This document shows positions 1-12,546 of a DNA stretch of 64,000 bases, piece by piece. The position numbers and the translations under genes are program-made. The DNA comes from Oikopleura dioica (lineage: Eukaryota; Animalia; Chordata), in contig OU015568.1 in assembly GCA_907165135.1 (NCBI GenBank), positions 2,356,001-2,420,000 on the forward strand, read 5' to 3'. How positions within the stretch are numbered: the first letter of the stretch is position 1; each line of letters opens with the position of its first letter. Under the pieces are notes generated by a model. That model was not told where the DNA came from. It searched no databases and saw only the letters and a list, made by a program, of their open reading frames with translations.

Positions 1-467
1 CAGTGCCGAGTTGTTTATCAAAAATTGGTCGACGGCCAATCCGTAGAATCATATCTCGACAGCCCGTTTCCAGCAGAAGGTTGTATCGCTGGACCCTGCT
101 CGAAGAAAGTTGTTGATCTTCCTGTCGACCCACCAACTGAAACTCACAGAGGTACCAATTCATGACTTTTCTCAGATTTTAGATTCAACCTTCAATTCTA
201 GATTCACCGAATGAAGACACTCCTAACCCGATCGAAGACCCCGCTGAAGAAGAAATTGACGTGGATGCCGCTGGAAATGGCAACAAAACTTTCTTGGTCG
301 GAAGTGTCACTGGAATCGTCATTATTGCGATTATTATCGCAGTCATATTTTATGTCAAGAAAAGAGGAAACGAAGATGAAGATGGAACTAAATATACTGT
401 AAGAATTGATCTAACCCGAAAAGGTCTAAGAGCGCATTTTTAGGAGGGAGCCCAGACAGAAGCCTAA
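1..467 (+). CDS. 3' part of a single-pass (type I) membrane protein; 5' end lies outside the window
   Basis: Spliced reading QCRVVYQKL...ETHR|DSPNED...DAAGNGNKTFLVGSVTGIVIIAIIIAVIFYVKKRG...YT|EGAQTEA* with GT-AG introns. Has a hydrophobic TM segment followed by a KKR stop-transfer. Confidence 0.7.
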
Positions 468-782
468 CTTCAACCTTCAAAGCCACTTCTAGAAGAATTC
501 AAAAGATTAACTACACAACTAATGCCAAACAAAAAAATCTAAGAAGAAAGTAACATACAGTAATTATTTCAAACCTGCTCATATCATGATCATTTTTGAC
601 TGTGACAGAAAATCAATTAATAAAAACATAATTCAACGCAATTTTTCCTTTTGAAAACAAAAGGTCAAAAAGGTTTAAACAAACGAGTTTATCTTGGTCT
701 ACGGAGGAGGCCGATTTTTATTCGAAAGCCAAATAGAGAAAACAGCCAAAAACAGAAAGATAGAAATTCCTTTTTAGAAAAA

Positions 783-2078
783 ATGAAACTCAGATCATTT
801 TTAACACCAATTCTTATCCGAACGATGGCCTCAAAGGAATGTCTTTTTTGATTCGAGAGAAGCTCTAGAATTAACTCTCTTTGAGGCTAGAAAAAGAGGG
901 TGATCGTCGATTGTGATCCGGGAATTGATGATGCTCTTGCGATTCAATATCTTTTGCCAAGGGTTCAAAATCTCTTTTCAATTATTCAAAGATCTATATG
1001 AATCCTTCTTTCAAGAATCTCAAATCATCTGTTGAAATTGTCGCTCTAACGATCGTTGATGGAAACGTCAAAACTCATCAAGGCGCTGCAAATGCTCTTA
1101 GAATCTTGAAGAGTAACAATCTTGAGAGTATTCCACCGATTTATCTCGGCGCCGATTTTCCGGAAGAAAGTGATGGATGGTATGGTGAAGATGGTCTTGG
1201 AAATCAACAAGGACTCGAGCCGAGAATCTCGGGTAATGATGTTGAAAAGGGCGACTTTTTAGAGATTGACATGGGCAAATCAGCGGGGCAAGCGATTGTT
1301 GATCTTACTGTAAGTCAAATTGCTTATGCAGCAAATGAATACTTCAGCTTGAACACGATGATATCACAATTTTGTCCCTTGGGCCGCTGACCAACATCGC
1401 TCAAGCTCTCAAACTGGACCCAAGTCTTCCTGAGCGCGTAAATGAGTGGACAGTCATGGGAGGAAATTTGTATGGAGCTGGAAATGCTCCGGGACAGGCA
1501 GCAGAGTACAACTTTTGGTTCGACTATTATTCTGCAGAGAAAGTGATATCAAGGAAGATTTCTCAAGATGAATTTTTCGGCATTTTTCCTACAAACATTA
1601 AGGAATCAATCAAAGCTTTCTTCCTCATTTGACGCCAACGATCGTGACCCTAGAACTCGCACGACAATTTCCCTTCCCGATTTCTTTCTGGCACGATATG
1701 GATGAGTCATTTATAAAATCCGTCTCAAAATATGATGCAGAGCGATACTTTGGAGAGTTTCACCCTCGATGCCAGTTCGACAACGGCCCTGGTTGGAGAA
1801 TTTATGATTTGCTCGCCGCTCTTTGTCACACAAATCCGGAAATCATTACTGAGGCTTGGGAGCATTCTGTCGGAGTGGAGACAGAAGGAAAGCACACGAA
1901 GTAAGTTTTCTTGAATCTTCGAACCCCGAAATGATGGTTTTTCAGAGGGCTGCTTGTAATCGACCGATATTCGATTGGTGATGGCATTTTCGACTATGAA
2001 GGCAAAGCAAAGCTACCAACTACTGTTGATATAGCGAAAATATTGAGACTTCCTGGAATACAGGCATTCGAAAAATAA
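783..2078 (+). CDS. Inosine/uridine-preferring nucleoside hydrolase (IUNH family), multi-exon, copy 1
   Basis: N-terminal VIVDCDPGIDDALAI (DxDxGxDD) motif, VEIVALTIVDGNV, LGPLTNIA, AEYNFWFD and IYDLLA motifs, separated by short introns. Confidence 0.9.
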
Positions 2079-2271
2079 TTCAAGCTCTGTAATAAATGAA
2101 AAACAAGTGATTTTTTTCAAAAACAAAACTATTTTGACCTTGAACTTTCATTTTTAGACTTTACTTTAAGTAACCCGCAGTGGGATATTTAGCACGTGTT
2201 TTTCAGCATTTGCTTAACATTATGACCCTGTTATAAAGCTAGCTCAGGTCAAAGCTTTCCATTTCGTGAAA

Positions 2272-3136
2272 ATGAAATTATTTTTTTCTCTCCTGTCCCT
2301 TTCGAACTCAGTCTATGGAGACCCTTTGAAAGATTTTCCGAGGAGTCTTCAGGTGTCCGAAAGAGATGAAATTTGCAAGTAAAAAAATGTTCTTTCTGAT
2401 AATTTTCACTTACAAATTTGTTTTTCATAGGGATGAAGACCTCCAAAAGGATTGTCAAGCAGTCTGCAGAGCTGAATATAACCGCTGTCGGTTGCTTTGT
2501 GAGACAGAGTATTGTCTCTCGATCTGCCAACGAGAATATGAAAGTAGGATAAAATCATTCTTTCTACTTATCGTTTTGTACAACAGCTTGTTTTGCAAAT
2601 TGCCCATGCGGAGAAAATTGCCCAAATTGAAAGATTGACCGAGGATGGTTGGTACGATAACTGGGATAACGATCAGTAAGAAACTTTGACTGAATATTTC
2701 CAAAAGTTTTTTTAGCCTGGAAGGAGGAGAAGCCCATTCATTTATCTCTCTTCCGTCAGGAAAAATGCTCATGCTTGGAGGCTACGTGCGGGATACATGG
2801 CCAGGGCCAGAGAGATACCAGGATAAAATTTGGGAGTTCGATCTTGATGAAAAATGGTGGGTCGTTGGAAACCTTAAAAAAGTAAGAAAGAAAAATATCA
2901 TCCAGGTCGTTCATGGAGGATCAGCAATGATGATCAACAACTCGATTTTCTACTTTGGTGGAGAATATGAAGAAGAGGAAGGTTCGGACGATTTCGAAAG
3001 CCCGATTCAACGCATTGATCTCGAAAATGAAACGATCGCCGAAGACGGTGTAGAAGTCATCGGCAATCACGATTTCCGCTCTTTCTTTCCGAAGCTTTTC
3101 TTCTCTTTTCTTACGTGCCCTGCTTTAAAATTTTAG
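2272..3136 (+). pseudogene. Secreted Cys-rich plus kelch-like beta-propeller gene, internally truncated (in-frame TGA after CPCGENCPN), copy 1
   Basis: Signal-like MKLFFSLLSLS, then Cys-rich DCQAVC...CRLLC...CLSIC...CPCGENCPN*, then in another frame kelch-like MLGGY...IWEFD...FYFGG. Confidence 0.55.
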
Positions 3137-3638
3137 ATGCTACATTATCGCATACTTAGTTTCTGATCGAAATTAATCTACTTAAAAGTTTTGCAATAAA
3201 AAAAATTTTGTATTCGTGTATATGATATACAGTATATCTCAAGCGACTTTGATCCCAACTTAAAAGATCGAGATTTACTTGTTTTAGGGGCCTGCTTTTG
3301 ATCGATCAGTATTCAGTCGGTGAAGGCATTTTCGATTATGATTGTAAAGTGAAGCTTCATACTGCTGTGAATATGCAAGAAATAATGAGACTACCAGAAA
3401 GACAGGCATATAAGAAATAAATCATGTTTAGCAGTTTTTTTTTATCAATAAAGAAAAGTTTTTTTCCATGAGATACGAACAAACGAATCAACAAAGTGCT
3501 GTTCGTACAGTTAACAGGGTAATAGAAGCTAGTTTTGGTATATCTGAATTAAACAAGTTATTATAAAGAATTCTTTATGATAACATATTATTTTGACTTA
3601 CGACTACCTATCAGCCAAAGAGGCGCCTACAAATCGAA

Positions 3639-4230
3639 TTAGTAATTTACATAAGTGTTTCTTCTTTCAAGTCGAGCGATTCGTTCTTCATATTGAGCCA
3701 CCATCTCGTTCATTTTACGTTCATAGTCATTTCGCATGTCCTCCATTTGTCTTTCCCATTTTTTCTCGTCGTCGTTCATCTTTTTCAACGCATTTTGAAC
3801 GGTCTCTACGTTGTATGTTGTTTGTTTTCTGCAATAAACTAGGAGCTCTTCCGGCGAAATTTTGATCTCTTTCGGTCTATTGACGTCGTACATATGATTC
3901 CAACTTGGAACAGCGGAATTTCCAAGTTCCCAAATTTTGCATCCAGATTTGGAGATTATTGGCCTCAAATGTCTCAGGTTGAACAAATCTTATTTCCGCT
4001 GAATTTTTTTCACAGTCCATTCCAGAGGAAGATCCATTTGATCCCGGGTTCAAGGTTTCATGGTTCTGCAGCGGAACCTCGTTCTGCGGTAAAGTTGAAT
4101 CAGAGCCCTGTAGTCGAGGATTTGGAATGACCATTCCAGACGGAAGTCCTGTAGGCACATTTAGGGAAAATGTGAAGTAATCAGACGTTTCTCCAGGGTT
4201 CTCTTGATTTTCATGATTCTTGCGATTCAT
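3639..4230 (-). CDS. Hypothetical protein with C-terminal coiled coil, copy 1
   Basis: ORFs 3877-4230 and 3639-3986 can be joined by a short intron ending AATAAG. The C-terminus is E/K/R/M-rich (ERQMEDMRNDYERKMNEMVAQYEERIARLE). Confidence 0.55.
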
Positions 4231-4433
4231 GATGCGAGGAATTCTTGCAAATTGAATGAATTCAGACGAGAAATCAAAGAGAAAGAGGAGTCTCTACTTT
4301 CCCTTCGTATTTGCACAGATTTTGATTTCGTTTATTCTTGCGAAATGCAATGTTTACAAGAAGATTCGTAACGGAAAAAAGGGAAAATGTCGCATCTGAA
4401 TAATCTTTCTTATAAAATTAATTCTACATTGGA

Positions 4434-6012
4434 TTACAAGGAAGTTGTTACTGAAGTATCTTCAAGCTCTTCATAATGATGTTTTCTTCTGTATGAGCAT
4501 TTGTACAAAAAGAGAAACAAAAACCAGAGTCCCAAGATCACTAAAATAGTGTTGATATTGGCAAATTTTTCGATTTTACCAATATCGAGGTAAAATGAGA
4601 ACTCCGATAAATCTTGCCCCTCTTCCTTTGGATTGCAAACAGATGAGTCAGGCTCGAAACCTTGCGGAACCGCCGCACTCCCGAACATCATAACCGCCGC
4701 TAGAAGTTGCCCGAGCATCATCATAAATCCGGTTGAGGTTGCTTCTCCGACGGGAAAAGTCGACTCCGCCGCCATTTCGCAACAAAGCGGGAAGAAACTC
4801 AGCCCTCCTAGGCCATAAAGTCCACAAACGACGCCAATCCATGGCTCAATTTCTGGCGTATGCATGATGAAAGCGAAACCAATCGAAGCACCAAGAGCGA
4901 CAAGAAGCAAAATTTTTGCGGCTAAAAACGAAATTTCAAATATTTCAGTTTTCAATTTTACCCGGAGAATGATATTCTTTTCCATCAATGAAAATCGACA
5001 AAATCGCACTGAAAACGATTCCAGTAACAATTATAGCTGAGGCACAAATTGAAGAGCTGAAAGTATTGTCGTATCCCCCAGGGCAGAGAAATTGGACAAG
5101 AAGGGTAAGTTTTGTTGAGAAATGTCCGATTCCGATTGCTCCGCAGACGAGAATCCAAATGTATTCGCGGCCGTATTCCTTGAAGAGATATTTTAGTCGT
5201 TGTTTGAAGGATAGTTCTTCTGCTTTGATTGGGTTTGAGGGTAAATATTTTTGACTATTTTTGTCTTCAAACCCGTTTCTGAAAGATAATTGCCTTCTCC
5301 AGGAATGAAAAAGGACGCAAGAAGCCCCAAAACAACTGGAATGGCAAAGATCAACGCTTGTATCCACAAGTCACTTGCCGATCTCACAATTATCGGGGCT
5401 GTTACTGCAGCAATCATCATCCCCAGTGGATTCGAAAGGGAAGAAAGTGAGTTGGCAAGTAGTCTCTGATCAGCTTGAAACCACTGAGATGCCATTTTTG
5501 TCGGAATAACGAGGATGAAAGCTTGACTGACAGCCATAATTGCAGTCCCGACAAGGGCAACTGGGTAGCACCAATTGGGTGCTGCTATAAAATCGCCATT
5601 TTGATCGAGTTCTTCATGAAAAAGCGTCGATAACCGGACGACTGAGCCAGCAAGATTGAACGCCGCTGCTATCCAAATCGACTTTCTCAGACCAATTATA
5701 TCCACACAATAGATAGCGACAAAGCCAACAGGTATTCCCACCAGCATGAAGAGAACTGAGAACAAATCAACTTGATTGGTGGTTATTCCGAAGTACTCTG
5801 TGGTCGGCCCAGGAATCGGAGCAAATGCTAGCCAGCCCATTGCATTGCCACCTGCAAATTTTATTAACGATATTTTCGCGGGGTTGGTTTTCAAGAAGCA
5901 AATAACCTGAAGTTGCCATGACAGTGAAAAGAGCAAGCCATCGATAATTCGGGTTTATGCTTAGTTTTTCATCTGTTGATTCTTCTTCATTTTCCTCTTC
6001 CGAAAAAGACAT
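4434..6012 (-). CDS. MFS transporter, FLVCR/SLC49 (MFSD7-like) family, copy 1
   Basis: RWLALF...NAMGWLAFAPI, DIIGLRKS (loop-2 motif A), KMASQWF and EMAAESTFPVGEATSTG motifs, with about 12 hydrophobic segments over several exons. Confidence 0.88.
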
Positions 6013-6780
6013 GCCTTCAATGATTTTTTGCAAACAGGTAGTTAGCGAAAAAACTGTGTCAGAAATATTTGCAATGATTGAACAAATAAAGGGGAGTGTG
6101 AAGAAAATTTTTCTCTTTTTTTCAATGATGTCATATTTGCTCGTAAAATGAGTAAAATCTCGTAAATCAAGATCTTGGAAAAAGATTTGTTTTATTCGAA
6201 TTTTGAGGAAAGTAATTGGCAAGGTCACGGAGTTGCTGAGAAGAGGACACCACAAAGCATGTTAGACGAGCGCTGCTTTACCGGAAAATGTGAACGGTCG
6301 TAATGTCAGTGGCTGTCAAGGTGCAAAAACAGCAAAAAAAGAAGACAAACGAAGCTCACGTTCAATTTTTGAACCTTCCTGAGCCATCGGCGCCGACGCC
6401 CAAATGAACCTCAAATTCCATTTCGTCGAGCTTTTTAGCGGTTCAACTGTGGATTCCGCTCTCCGGAGGGAGCTAGTAATGTGCATAGATAAGATAAGTA
6501 CTGATACTACAAGCTCAGAACCGCGCCTCGTCGGGCAGAGGACAAGTCAAAATCTAAAATGAAAAATTTCGAAACGAAAATTCAGCAATTGAGCTTACCT
6601 GAATAGCTACTGCTGTTTCACTTTGGTAAGCATGTAGCATAACTTCATCCCTTAGTGGCGTAAATTGCTTATTCGCCTGCGCCGCGCCGGCCACAGTTCT
6701 AAATCAAATTACGACTCCATTGAATAAGCCCCTCACTTTCGAAAAAATAAAGAAGCGCTTGATTCTTTATTGAAAAAAAT

Positions 6781-7003
6781 TGAAGAAGAAATTGACGTGG
6801 ATGCCGCTGGAAATGGCAACAAAACTTTCTTGGTCGGAAGTGTCACTGGAATCGTCATTATTGCGATTATTATCGCAGTCATATTTTATGTCAAGAAAAG
6901 AGGAAACGAAGATGAAGATGGAACTAAATATACTGTAAGAATTGATCTAACCCGAAAAGGTCTAAGAGCGCATTTTTAGGAGGGAGCCCAGACAGAAGCC
7001 TAA
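6781..7003 (+). pseudogene. 5'-truncated duplicate of the membrane-protein gene (TM exon remnant plus last exon)
   Basis: The duplication breakpoint falls inside the TM-encoding exon, so upstream exons are missing in copy 2. Confidence 0.7.
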
Positions 7004-7318
7004 CTTCAACCTTCAAAGCCACTTCTAGAAGAATTCAAAAGATTAACTACACAACTAATGCCAAACAAAAAAATCTAAGAAGAAAGTAACATACAGTAAT
7101 TATTTCAAACCTGCTCATATCATGATCATTTTTGACTGTGACAGAAAATCAATTAATAAAAACATAATTCAACGCAATTTTTCCTTTTGAAAACAAAAGG
7201 TCAAAAAGGTTTAAACAAACGAGTTTATCTTGGTCTACGGAGGAGGCCGATTTTTATTCGAAAGCCAAATAGAGAAAACAGCCAAAAACAGAAAGATAGA
7301 AATTCCTTTTTAGAAAAA

Positions 7319-8612
7319 ATGAAACTCAGATCATTTTTAACACCAATTCTTATCCGAACGATGGCCTCAAAGGAATGTCTTTTTGATTCGAGAGAAGCTC
7401 TAGAATTAACTCTCTTTGAGGCTAGAAAAAGAGGGTGATCGTCGATTGTGATCCGGGAATTGATGATGCTCTTGCGATTCAATATCTTTTGCCAAGGGTT
7501 CAAAATCTCTTTTCAATTATTCAAAGATCTATATGAATCCTTCTTTCAAGAATCTCAAATCATCTGTTGAAATTGTCGCTCTAACGATCGTTGATGGAAA
7601 CGTCAAAACTCATCAAGGCGCTGCAAATGCTCTTAGAATCTTGAAGAGTAACAATCTTGAGAGTATTCCACCGATTTATCTCGGCGCCGATTTTCCGGAA
7701 GAAAGTGATGGATGGTATGGTGAAGATGGTCTTGGAAATCAACAAGGACTCGAGCCGAGAATCTCGGGTAATGATGTTGAAAAGGGCGACTTTTTAGAGA
7801 TTGACATGGGCAAATCAGCGGGGCAAGCGATTGTTGATCTTACTGTAAGTCAAATTGCTTATGCAGCAAATGAATACTTCAGCTTGAACACGATGATATC
7901 ACAATTTTGTCCCTTGGGCCGCTGACCAACATCGCTCAAGCTCTCAAACTGGACCCAAGTCTTCCTGAGCGCGTAAATGAGTGGACAGTCATGGGAGGAA
8001 ATTTGTATGGAGCTGGAAATGCTCCGGGACAGGCAGCAGAGTACAACTTTTGGTTCGACTATTATTCTGCAGAGAAAGTGATATCAAGGAAGATTTCTCA
8101 AGATGAATTTTTCGGCATTTTCCTACAAACATTAAGGAATCAATCAAAGCTTTCTTCCTCATTTGACGCCAACGATCGTGACCCTAGAACTCGCACGACA
8201 ATTTCCCTTCCCGATTTCTTTCTGGCACGATATGGATGAGTCATTTATAAAATCCGTCTCAAAATATGATGCAGAGCGATACTTTGGAGAGTTTCACCCT
8301 CGATGCCAGTTCGACAACGGCCCTGGTTGGAGAATTTATGATTTGCTCGCCGCTCTTTGTCACACAAATCCGGAAATCATTACTGAGGCTTGGGAGCATT
8401 CTGTCGGAGTGGAGACAGAAGGAAAGCACACGAAGTAAGTTTTCTTGAATCTTCGAACCCCGAAATGATGGTTTTTCAGAGGGCTGCTTGTAATCGACCG
8501 ATATTCGATTGGTGATGGCATTTTCGACTATGAAGGCAAAGCAAAGCTACCAACTACTGTTGATATAGCGAAAATATTGAGACTTCCTGGAATACAGGCA
8601 TTCGAAAAATAA
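7319..8612 (+). CDS. Nucleoside hydrolase (IUNH family), copy 2
   Basis: Same coding sequence as 783-2078. Its two indels fall in inferred introns. Confidence 0.88.
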
Positions 8613-8805
8613 TTCAAGCTCTGTAATAAATGAAAAACAAGTGATTTTTTTCAAAAACAAAACTATTTTGACCTTGAACTTTCATTTTTAGACTTTACTT
8701 TAAGTAACCCGCAGTGGGATATTTAGCACGTGTTTTTCAGCATTTGCTTAACATTATGACCCTGTTATAAAGCTAGCTCAGGTCAAAGCTTTCCATTTCG
8801 TGAAA

Positions 8806-9670
8806 ATGAAATTATTTTTTTCTCTCCTGTCCCTTTCGAACTCAGTCTATGGAGACCCTTTGAAAGATTTTCCGAGGAGTCTTCAGGTGTCCGAAAGAGA
8901 TGAAATTTGCAAGTAAAAAAATGTTCTTTCTGATAATTTTCACTTACAAATTTGTTTTTCATAGGGATGAAGACCTCCAAAAGGATTGCCAAGCAGTCTG
9001 CAGAGCTGAATATAACCGCTGTCGGTTGCTTTGTGAGACAGAGTATTGTCTCTCGATCTGCCAACGAGAATATGAAAGTAGGATAAAATCATTCTTTCTA
9101 CTTATCGTTTTGTACAACAGCTTGTTTTGCAAATTGCCCATGCGGAGAAAATTGCCCAAATTGAAAGATTGACCGAGGATGGTTGGTACGATAACTGGGA
9201 TAACGATCAGTAAGAAACTTTGACTGAATATTTCCAAAAGTTTTTTTAGCCTGGAAGGAGGAGAAGCCCATTCATTTATCTCTCTTCCGTCAGGAAAAAT
9301 GCTCATGCTTGGAGGCTACGTGCGGGATACATGGCCAGGGCCAGAGAGATACCAGGATAAAATTTGGGAGTTCGATCTTGATGAAAAATGGTGGGTCGTT
9401 GGAAACCTTAAAAAAGTAAGAAAGAAAAATATCATCCAGGTCGTTCATGGAGGATCAGCAATGATGATCAACAACTCGATTTTCTACTTTGGTGGAGAAT
9501 ATGAAGAAGAGGAAGGTTCGGACGATTTCGAAAGCCCGATTCAACGCATTGATCTCGAAAATGAAACGATCGCCGAAGACGGTGTAGAAGTCATCGGCAA
9601 TCACGATTTCCGCTCTTTCTTTCCGAAGCTTTTCTTCTCTTTTCTTACGTGCCCTGCTTTAAAATTTTAG
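8806..9670 (+). pseudogene. Truncated Cys-rich/kelch-like gene, copy 2
   Basis: Same as 2272-3136 apart from a synonymous TGT/TGC change. Confidence 0.55.
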
Positions 9671-10174
9671 ATGCTACATTATCGCATACTTAGTTTCTGA
9701 TCGAAATTAATCTACTTAAAAGTTTTGCAATAAAAAAAATTTTGTATTCGTGTATATGATATACAGTATATCTCAAGCGACTTTGATCCCAACTTAAAAG
9801 ATCGAGATTTACTTGTTTTAGGGGCCTGCTTTTGATCGATCAGTATTCAGTCGGTGAAGGCATTTTCGATTATGATTGTAAAGTGAAGCTTCATACTGCT
9901 GTGAATATGCAAGAAATAATGAGACTACCAGAAAGACAGGCATATAAGAAATAAATCATGTTTAGCAGTTTTTTTTTATCAATAAAGAAAAGTTTTTTTC
10001 CATGAGATACGAACAAACGAATCAACAAAGTGCTGTTCGTACAGTTAACAGGGTAATAGAAGCTAGTTTTGGTATATCTGAATTAAACAAGTTATTATAA
10101 AGAATTCTTTATGATAACATATTATTTTTTGACTTACGACTACCTATCAGCCAAAGAGGCGCCTACAAATCGAA

Positions 10175-10764
10175 TTAGTAATTTACATAAGTGTTTCTTC
10201 TTTCAAGTCGAGCGATTCGTTCTTCATATTGAGCCACCATCTCGTTCATTTTACGTTCATAGTCATTTCGCATGTCCTCCATTTGTCTTTCCCATTTTTT
10301 CTCGTCGTCGTTCATCTTTTTCAACGCATTTTGAACGGTCTCTACGTTGTATGTTGTTTGTTTTCTGCAATAAACTAGGAGCTCTTCCGGCGAAATTTTG
10401 ATCTCTTTCGGTCTATTGACGTCGTACATATGATTCCAACTTGGAACAGCGGAATTTCCAAGTTCCCAAATTTTGCATCCAGATTTGGAGATTATTGGCC
10501 TCAAATGTCTCAGGTTGAACAAATCTTATTTCCGCTGAATTTTTCACAGTCCATTCCAGAGGAAGATCCATTTGATCCCGGGTTCAAGGTTTCATGGTTC
10601 TGCAGCGGAACCTCGTTCTGCGGTAAAGTTGAATCAGAGCCCTGTAGTCGAGGATTTGGAATGACCATTCCAGACGGAAGTCCTGTAGGCACATTTAGGG
10701 AAAATGTGAAGTAATCAGACGTTTCTCCAGGGTTCTCTTGATTTTCATGATTCTTGCGATTCAT
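10175..10764 (-). CDS. Hypothetical coiled-coil protein, copy 2
   Basis: Duplicate of 3639-4230. Confidence 0.55.
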
Positions 10765-10967
10765 GATGCGAGGAATTCTTGCAAATTGAATGAATTCAGA
10801 CGAGAAATCAAAGAGAAAGAGGAGTCTCTACTTTCCCTTCGTATTTGCACAGATTTTGATTTCGTTTATTCTTGCGAAATGCAATGTTTACAAGAAGATT
10901 CGTAACGGAAAAAAGGGAAAATGTCGCATCTGAATAATCTTTCTTATAAAATTAATTCTACATTGGA

Positions 10968-12546
10968 TTACAAGGAAGTTGTTACTGAAGTATCTTCAAG
11001 CTCTTCATAATGATGTTTTCTTCTGTATGAGCATTTGTACAAAAAGAGAAACAAAAACCAGAGTCCCAAGATCACTAAAATAGTGTTGATATTGGCAAAT
11101 TTTTCGATTTTACCAATATCGAGGTAAAATGAGAACTCCGATAAATCTTGCCCCTCTTCCTTTGGATTGCAAACAGATGAGTCAGGCTCGAAACCTTGCG
11201 GAACCGCCGCACTCCCGAACATCATAACCGCCGCTAGAAGTTGCCCGAGCATCATCATAAATCCGGTTGAGGTTGCTTCTCCGACGGGAAAAGTCGACTC
11301 CGCCGCCATTTCGCAACAAAGCGGGAAGAAACTCAGCCCTCCTAGGCCATAAAGTCCACAAACGACGCCAATCCATGGCTCAATTTCTGGCGTATGCATG
11401 ATGAAAGCGAAACCAATCGAAGCACCAAGAGCGACAAGAAGCAAAATTTTTGCGGCTAAAAACGAAATTTCAAATATTTCAGTTTTCAATTTTACCCGGA
11501 GAATGATATTCTTTTCCATCAATGAAAATCGACAAAATCGCACTGAAAACGATTCCAGTAACAATTATAGCTGAGGCACAAATTGAAGAGCTGAAAGTAT
11601 TGTCGTATCCCCCAGGGCAGAGAAATTGGACAAGAAGGGTAAGTTTTGTTGAGAAATGTCCGATTCCGATTGCTCCGCAGACGAGAATCCAAATGTATTC
11701 GCGGCCGTATTCCTTGAAGAGATATTTTAGTCGTTGTTTGAAGGATAGTTCTTCTGCTTTGATTGGGTTTGAGGGTAAATATTTTTGACTATTTTTGTCT
11801 TCAAACCCGTTTCTGAAAGATAATTGCCTTCTCCAGGAATGAAAAAGGACGCAAGAAGCCCCAAAACAACTGGAATGGCAAAGATCAACGCTTGTATCCA
11901 CAAGTCACTTGCCGATCTCACAATTATCGGGGCTGTTACTGCAGCAATCATCATCCCCAGTGGATTCGAAAGGGAAGAAAGTGAGTTGGCAAGTAGTCTC
12001 TGATCAGCTTGAAACCACTGAGATGCCATTTTTGTCGGAATAACGAGGATGAAAGCTTGACTGACAGCCATAATTGCAGTCCCGACAAGGGCAACTGGGT
12101 AGCACCAATTGGGTGCTGCTATAAAATCGCCATTTTGATCGAGTTCTTCATGAAAAAGCGTCGATAACCGGACGACTGAGCCAGCAAGATTGAACGCCGC
12201 TGCTATCCAAATCGACTTTCTCAGACCAATTATATCCACACAATAGATAGCGACAAAGCCAACAGGTATTCCCACCAGCATGAAGAGAACTGAGAACAAA
12301 TCAACTTGATTGGTGGTTATTCCGAAGTACTCTGTGGTCGGCCCAGGAATCGGAGCAAATGCTAGCCAGCCCATTGCATTGCCACCTGCAAATTTTATTA
12401 ACGATATTTTCGCGGGGTTGGTTTTCAAGAAGCAAATAACCTGAAGTTGCCATGACAGTGAAAAGAGCAAGCCATCGATAATTCGGGTTTATGCTTAGTT
12501 TTTCATCTGTTGATTCTTCTTCATTTTCCTCTTCCGAAAAAGACAT
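10968..12546 (-). CDS. MFS transporter (FLVCR/SLC49-like), copy 2
   Basis: Duplicate of 4434-6012. Confidence 0.88.

Larger units (their letters stand above)
245..6780. repeat. Tandem segmental duplication, copy 1 (6536 bp)
   Basis: Sequence from 245 recurs at 6781. The offset moves between 6536 and 6534 through four T-homopolymer indels. Confidence 0.97.

Noticed and set aside
998-1904. Horizontal transfer of a bacterial nucleoside hydrolase
   Set aside because: The gene has host-type short introns, IUNH genes are common in animals, and no phylogeny could be run.
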